Under the pieces are notes generated by a model. That model saw nothing but the letters and a program-made list of their open reading frames with translations. It made no database searches and was not told where the DNA came from. From positions 1-42,773 of the forward strand of contig JAUCBJ010004432.1 in NCBI GenBank assembly GCA_032718475.1: a DNA stretch of 42,773 nt, in the 5' to 3' direction. The position numbers were made by a program, and so were the translations under genes. Shown one piece after another: positions 35,978 through 42,773 of the stretch (within the stretch, counting starts at the first letter, position 1; every line of letters starts with the position of its first letter). Source of the stretch: Nemertoderma westbladi (lineage: Eukaryota > Animalia > Xenacoelomorpha).

Positions 35978-36464
35978 ACTATACTACAGGACTGGCACAC
36001 CCCTTCATCCGACTTCGCTAGCGAAGTCCATTGGTTTGGTATTGCTTTATACTGTTATAGACATTGTTATCAAAGGATTTGTATGAAATTTAGTACACAA
36101 TCGTAATTATTAGTAACATAATAAATTTTGGTGTCAAGAAATAAAGGACGAGCGCAGCGAGGCTTGTAACAAAGGGGACGTCGAGTGTTGTGTACTAACT
36201 ATTCATTATAGTCTAGAACGACCGTGTTGAGTTAGTACATTGTGCGACATAAAAAACGATGTGAACAGTACCCCTATTGGTAGGGAAATGTTGTTACACA
36301 GATGATATCGGATTCAACTAACGGTATATTTGTCTCACCCCGCAATACAGCAATATACATGGACCTCCCTCTCTCTATATTCTTTATCTCTGGTCATTTA
36401 CTATCCTAAGTCAAGCCAGGTTCCAGGTACCCCCCCCCCCCCCCCCCCCCCAACGGCCTTTCTG

Positions 36465-36612
36465 ATATTATTACTTTATAGGGCTATTATTATTAGGTAC
36501 TTTATATTACTATTAGGTACTTACTTTATATTACTATTAGGTATACTTACTTTATATTACTATTAGGTACTTACTTTATATTACTAGTAGGTACTCTCTA
36601 TGTTATTACTTT
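36465..36612. repeat. Short AT-rich minisatellite (TTACTTTATATTACTATTAGGTAC-like, ~5 copies)
   Basis: Visible tandem copies following a poly-C tract. Confidence 0.75.
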
Positions 36613-38158
36613 ATTATTTATTACGATAGCCGACCCAATATTCCCCACCCCAGACTGAAAACACATCAATGACCCCGATACGGGCTCTTCATTAACACTA
36701 ATTCTGATACAGCTTTAATATTTTATATTTTGATATATGGACTACATTTGTAGTCTTTTACATTTCCTTTTAAATTAAATGGATATTAATATATTATATC
36801 CATCTGTAGTATATATAAGTACAAATTAATATATTATTTGTGGCTAGGCCTCCAAGGTCATAAAATCATAAAGAAACGCAGTTAAACATTGGTACACTGT
36901 ATAATTCAGTTCGCAGTTTAAGATAGACAGTTACCGGAACTGTGTTAGATTAAGCTACCTAATCAAAAAATAAAATTCTAACATGGAAAATGGTCTGAAT
37001 GTTATACTTGCACTTTCGTTTATAGTCTTATTGTAGACAATTTGTCCTCTACAATTTGTTTCTCGCAAAATTAAATATCGCATTTCTTCAGGCAAAATTC
37101 AAGGCGAAATTATGGAAAATATAGCAAACCAAATATGCAAGGGAAGAGGTAACCTAACGGATAGATGCTAATATAAATATACATATGTTTTATTCAGTTA
37201 TTATAATTTGTTTGTGCTATAATTGGTTAGCTTGAATTTAAGTATATTACTTTATAGTAGCTTACATACTGTACGCACAGGTGCTGCGAAGCAACACCTT
37301 GGCCCTACGACGCTTATTCATTTTGATTATCAGTCTACTCTTAATGTAGACTGCCTCATGTGTTATTTATCATAACTATGAGTTTTAATGAATAAAAGAG
37401 ATAAACTTAACTTAAACTTAACTTTCAGTTTTAAATAGATTAAAACTGTCCTCATTTTTCGGTTTTATCAACGCTTTAGGCACAAACTTTATAATGTCAG
37501 CTCTCCCACATTTGGTAGGTAGAGAGTAGAGACTAGACAGCTAGAGGGGGTGAATCAACGTATTTTATGCCGGATTTTGATACATAAGTATTGCGCTCAA
37601 TGGCTGCAATAGTTTCATTTCCAGAGGAACTCTAGGATGACTCTGATCCTGCCTCCTGACTGATTCGGTATAATATATTATAATTACTATCTGAATCAGT
37701 TTCTGATTCATGAGAGTAATGAGTTATACTGGAGTCTATTTCATCACCATCATGACCAATGATCAATGTTTATTGTGCGTAAGTCTTCGTTCATTGTAAA
37801 ATATAAATTATTGGTAGAAACTTGAGAGTATAATCAGATTGAACTACACTCCGACACTGTATGAAACCAATTCTACTGTATACTTCAGTACCCTATCCAA
37901 TACATAGGTTGGTAAGTAGAAACCTTAGGAATACACAAAATTTTAGGCAACCACATGCATTTATTACGAAGATATTGATATTTAGATTATGAGAAACTAC
38001 AATTGTAGTCCATATACCAAAATTAGTGTTAATTAAAAAATCTTCAATCAAATTATTGATTATTATTATTAATAAAAAAAAAGATAATGAAATTATTAAT
38101 TAATAAATTGATTAAGTATCAATCCCGAATATTAAACATAAACCGGAAAATTAAACGA

Positions 38159-38378
38159 GTGACTCCCCTGTAGACTCCTTTATTTATCTCAGTTTTTATG
38201 AGTCTCTCCGGGTGCGGACTCAACGTGTGACCCCCTGTAGAGAAATATCTCAGTTTTTATGAGTCTCTCCGGGCGCGGACTCAACGTGTGACCCCCTGTA
38301 GAGAAATATCTCAGTTTTTATAAGTCTCTCCTGGTTCGGACTCAACGTGTGACACCCTGTAGAGAAATATCTCAGTTC
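38159..38378. repeat. Tandem repeat, ~61-bp unit x~3.5, inside the P-like element
   Basis: GTGACCCCCTGTAGAGAAATATCTCAGTTTTTATGAGTCTCTCCGGGCGCGGACTCAACGT repeated. Confidence 0.9.
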
Positions 38379-38470
38379 ACAGTTTGACGTGATACGAAAC
38401 GATATCATATTTCGGCCTGGTATACAATAATATTTATTTATTTTATCCACTTCCCGTTATTCGGAGGAAT

Positions 38471-39395
38471 TTAATTTACTAATTTAGTTTGTGCGGCTGT
38501 ATCGCCAGAATGCGAGTCGCGCCGTTTCTGCCTATCCGTTTCTTCCATAGATCTCTTTTGTACTCCATTAAGAAGGGTGTTTGCTAGGATACGGCAAGCA
38601 GCTATTGGTGGCAGTGGGGAGATACTGTACTGTACCGTAATAGACCGCAATCATGTGCACTACTTGAGTTAGTTGTTTGTAGCACCGTATAGTTCCATTA
38701 GGTAAAGCATCCACCCACGCAGCCGACACCATGGTCCATCATAAGAGGTGATGAGGCATGAGGAGCAAGTTGTAATCCACCACGAGTTAGGGCTGGGGTA
38801 AATAATATATTATCCTCCTCTAAAATATCACCTGTGATGTCTAACTCTGGGATTACCTTTACCAGGGCAGGAATCCTGCAACGTAAGTTGCTTCTTTGAC
38901 AAAAGTGAAACCTGCATATTCGTCGTTATGGAAGAAGAAAAGCAATAGGCTACTTGGAACTCCGATCGCTTCACAAAAATGTCAGTATCGCGACCGTATC
39001 CTGCGATTCCCTTTAGCCACGTAGAAACAACGGGTTCAGTCAGCTACAAAAAGCCCCCAATTAAATCTCGCTCATTGAGCAACTGAAGTTGGCGTTCCGC
39101 AATGGGAGGGAGTTCTCGTGGAGTGCGGGGTCGCGGTGGAACACACGATAAGGGAAGTAGAATGGACGTATTGTTGGTCACAAGGAACCGCCAGGGACTT
39201 TCTTGTGCGGAATTCCCGCGGCTGCGCGGGACACTCTGGCCAATGTCAGAATGTTGAATACAAATGACGGCAGTGCTTCCATAACTTAAACGGAGAGCCG
39301 TCATCTGCCTGCACTGCGTCGTGGTAGCGCGGCGATCCACTGATCTCATTCGGCACCGACAGGCAGACAGGAGGAAGTTTCACTGCGCGAACGTT
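38471..39395 (-). pseudogene. P-element/THAP9-like transposase remnant (THAP-like N-terminus joined to C-terminal domain, catalytic core missing)
   Basis: Across frameshifts: KLPP...QWIAALPRR...VICIQH/HWP...KVPGG..PT (THAP-like, ~39160-39395), then TYVAGF (38871-38888), LTRGGLQL (~38767-38790) and ACRILANTLLNG (38564-38599), resembling the YIAGY...RGGL..P C-terminal motifs of P-type transposases. Confidence 0.65.
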
Positions 39396-39593
39396 CAGTA
39401 AACTGCAGAACTGTCTATAACTGTCTAGCTGTCTGTTTGTAGGTTAAGTATACCAGTATACTGGTATAATAAATCATTCTACGGTAGCAGTACTGCAGTA
39501 CAGCTTACAGCAGTATGAAATGAATGGACTTCGCTAGCAAAGTCGGATCAGGCAGTATGCCAGTCCTGTAGTATAGTAGTCCTTGGTAGCTAT

Positions 39594-40099
39594 TCATAAA
39601 TAAACAAAATCTTCTAGAATATGGTATTTTTATTTAATAGAATAAAATAGCCTCATGCAGATGCAAAACCATGCAACTTTTGAACGCTCATATCTCAGCT
39701 ATTTCTTATCGAAATTTAGATTATGTTACATATTTGGAATCCTTACATGGCCAGCTTTCCTTCAGTACCAACAAATCACTATATGGTTGAAGAATAACTG
39801 GAGTGTAACTGGTGAAATATCACCGGAGACAACTTTTTTAAACGCTTGTAGCTAAAGAATGAAAGCAAAAAAAAATTCTGGCTCACCCACGGAGAAGGAG
39901 GGAGGTGAAACTATCTCTATTTCAAATTTCAAGCAATCTCATTAAGATTTCTATTTACATTAGGATTAAGATTCCTATTTACATTCCTCCATATGTACAG
40001 GAAATTAAACGAATTATTCATTCATTCATTCATTTGTAGAAAAATTAGGGGGGGGGGGGGGGGGGGGGAGTGGGCCGTGTCACTGAATTACGACACTAT
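39594..40099. mobile_element. Second, 5'-incomplete copy of the 19159-19646 MITE
   Basis: AATAAACAAAAT..TCTAGAA...CATATCTCAGCTATTTC...GTGAAATATCACCGGAGAC...GGAGGTGAAACTATCTCT is shared; ends CTGAATTACGACACTAT. Confidence 0.8.
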
Positions 40100-40125
40100 A
40101 ATATTCTGGGACGTGATGTAATTTA

Positions 40126-40302
40126 GGACCCCCTCACAGGTAGCTACTTATTTCTGCAACTTGTTTCTGAAAAGTGATGAAGGTTATGTGTGTGAGGGGT
40201 CTAGCAACAAGTTGCAGCAACTTGTTTTTTCTGAGTGAGGGGGTCCAGCAACAAGTTTAAGAAACAAGTTGCAGAAACATGTTGCTCCGTGTGAGAGGGG
40301 CC
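40126..40302. mobile_element. PIF/Harbinger (Tourist-like) MITE
   Basis: TTA|GGACCCCCTCACA ... TGTGAGAGGGGCC|TAA, with internal palindromic GCAACAAGTTGC repeats. Confidence 0.7.
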
Positions 40303-41337
40303 TAAGTATATATATATATATTATATATTAAGTATTTATATAATACTCAGTACTTTTTACAGTCACACGTTAGGAACTAGAGGCCACAGGCCATGCCTCC
40401 CAACATTAGCAGTTAACATCCGTAAACCGAGATAAGAGAATGATAATCCTCATATTCTAATACAGACTCAGTCGTTGCCTAGGTCAACAGGGATCCCGTC
40501 TCTCATTGATAGACAAGGCTGCGGTATAGAATATAGAGAAGAGAGTAGAACGGTTGTTTTGAATTGTATTTGTGGTCTACTTCAATTTATTCTTGCAGCT
40601 GAGAAATGGTATTTTAAATTTTAGTAGATACTCACTCATTTGATGATTGTAAATCGTCTCTCAGTTCCGTGGCAGTGAGCAAAGCTCCTAGGTCGCAATC
40701 TATTGTTCGAATCAAGTTGATGTAGTTATTAATTGTTGTCAGCCGTTTGCATAAAGTGTCCTGTTTCATAACCAAATTCATAGTTCTTGTAATCTGACAG
40801 CAAATATGACATACAAGAAACACTGATGACTTAGAAATGGTAACAATGAGTGCTCTTCATTTGTAGAAACGATTTTATAATGGTGGTATTGAGTATGCAA
40901 TTTTCCTTGTGGGCAATTTATTGTTTGGTGGGTAAGTGTCATTGGGGGCAATTGTCTTCGGGGGCAATTGTTCGGGGTGCAATTGACCAGGGGGCTATTG
41001 TCCATGGAAAAATTGTCCTATCATGGGATATTGAGTGCCGTCCTTGCAGAACTAACTTTGCAATAACTTTTTGAGAATTTGGAATTGAATATTTGGAAAT
41101 TTCACAAATAACGTTTTGAGTTTGTGCATGGAATTTGCTTAAACTACTGTACACTGATTTCAAATATCGAAACCGTTTTTGGTTTCGACCAACCATTAAA
41201 ACTTTGGGTGTGTGAATATCTACTGTGTATTCACTCTACTCGTTATATAACAGTGTTCTACAACTAATAAGTGGGTCACTGCAATTCCAAGCAATAATTT
41301 AGTCATAGATATGCCTTTCTGCCCACAAGATGATAGC

Positions 41338-41913
41338 ACAATCCTGCCCTCAAAAGGTAATGGCACGTAACTCCAAAAAACCTCAATCTGAAATATCAAG
41401 CCCCAAATTTTTTTGTATGCGGTTTTAGTATGCTGTAGCTACTAGGGGTGATTTCATTGGATAGTGCATACTCTGATACGTTTTTTCTTATACTTTTCGT
41501 ACATATCCATATGTCTATAGAGCCAAACGAGGCCACTTATACTCAGTTAAGTGTTTTTGCTTTATGCAGTCTGACAGTACAGTAGGCCTACCCACATGAA
41601 CAATAAAACGGATACAATGGCAGAATGACATAACTCATATTTAAAATTGTCAATAATTACGTTCTTTTGAGTTTGTAATTTGACTTAGGTGCTTTTTACT
41701 TTGTAACAACACCAAATTTTGCAATAATCGAGTTGGGTAAATTTCAAATAAAAATGTCAAACAACCATCATTTGGAGTCATTGATATATCAGAAGTATAT
41801 AGAAGTAGTCTAAAGTACATAGCTTTGAAGTATGTGCTTCATTTTGCAATAATATTAACTCAAAACTGCAAAATTTGGAGTTACGTGCCTCTCTGCCTTA
41901 GGAGGGCAGAATT
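41338..41913. mobile_element. MITE-like element with ~40-bp imperfect TIRs
   Basis: CTGCCCTC..AAGG...GGCACGTAACTCCAAA at ~41344-41377, mirrored by TTTGGAGTTACGTGCC...CCTT..GAGGGCAG at ~41874-41909. Confidence 0.7.
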
Positions 41914-42224
41914 GCTGAGGCGGACTGGACATTTATCGTAAGATCGATTTCTGTTTCGGTGGAAAAGTTATTGACTTCATCTTACATAGGTATATACTGG
42001 TTGGTAACAATGTGATGTGAATGGAATAAAGATTAAAGACAATTATTTTTACCCTAGCAATCACTCGGCCCATGTGAAGTACACTAGACTTTCTGCTGTT
42101 ATATTTCACTTTGCATTTTACCCCCATGTGAAGAAAACCATGTTTTCACCAAAAACCCAATTTACATAAGAGCTGAATCTAATAAAAACATTAACCCTAT
42201 TAAACTCGGGGGGAGGGGGAGGGG

Positions 42225-42430
42225 TCATTGTGCTCAGGCTGGTCCTCAAGGTGAAAACAATGTCAGCGGAGGCGGCTTTTTTTTAAGTATCAAGCTTGGG
42301 GGTACCAATGAGAAACCTCAAAGTGGAGATAGTCTTCAGCATGTAAAGCATGTAACCAAAAAGTGCAGCTGCGTCAACCAGAGATTGAACCTGGGGCCCC
42401 CTGAATGAAAGACCAGATTGTTACCACAGT
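42225..42430 (-). mobile_element. Putative tRNA-headed SINE with RTE-derived body
   Basis: Minus strand GTGGTAAC...CCAGGTTCAATCTCTGGTTGACGCA (tRNA-like), then ~100 bp (42227-42322) clearly similar to the RTE fragment at ~19995-20092. Confidence 0.6.
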
Positions 42431-42773
42431 AGTAGGAGAAGCATAGCCCTCCACTCACTCCTCCCTAGCCTGGGCTACGGGCCACATCTCGGAGGCAATT
42501 AAAAAATGCCAAATTCCGGTGCTAAATCGAGGTGTTTAATGACCATCTGTCACCATCAATATTGATTCGCGTCGTTGCCTTCAACCAATCGCTGCCTATC
42601 ACCTACGCGTAGCCTAACCTCACGATGCCCTCCTTACTCCTACAGCTGTTACCTCCCGCGCGTATTGGTTCGTGTCGTTGCATCAACCAACCATAGCATA
42701 TTCATCTTCGCGCGTACCCAAACCTCTCATCGTGTGGCTAGCCCCACACTACCCTATTATATCGATTCGATTG

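Larger units (their letters stand above)
35978..39585 (-). mobile_element. Internally deleted THAP/P-element-like DNA transposon (~3.6 kb)
   Basis: ~70-bp imperfect TIRs (35978-36050 and ~39510-39585) sharing ACTATACTACAGGACTGGCA exactly. Intact terminus is CAAGG, the TSD is 8 bp (GTAGCTAT), and a transposase remnant lies inside. Confidence 0.78.

Noticed and set aside
36128-36145. PBS (TGGTGTCAAG, tRNA-Leu-like) for the family-B LTR
   Set aside because: It is ~150 bp from the LTR end, lies inside the P-like element, and the match is short.

Overview
AT-rich, repeat-dominated eukaryotic genomic DNA, probably from an invertebrate animal; nothing prokaryotic, no CRISPR. Contents: two Ty3/Gypsy pol fragments (32-2788 +, with PPT and 3' LTR; 9260-10482 -), a BEL/Pao gag-protease ORF (14011-17298 +) truncated in the protease, a second decayed gag-like region, two families of long LTR-like sequences, fragments of RTE, CRE-like and CR1/L2-like non-LTR elements, several MITEs and three tandem arrays. 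There is one clear host gene, an intronless D-2-hydroxyacid dehydrogenase (GhrA-like, 27924-29057 -) next to a 2-kb 28-bp satellite, and one unidentified 261-aa ORF. The most striking structure is an internally deleted THAP/P-element-like transposon whose one TIR was split by an LTR insertion. The two halves of that junction now lie ~17 kb apart in opposite orientations. Two nested target-site duplications (8-bp GTAGCTAT and 5-bp ACTAT) are restored if the ~15.6-kb segment between a pair of near-identical 1.23-kb inverted repeats (17295-18522 / 34130-35372) is flipped. This points to a TE-mediated inversion, or an assembly flip, that carries the host gene. I see no convincing novel enzymatic or defence system. 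All identities are judged by eye.
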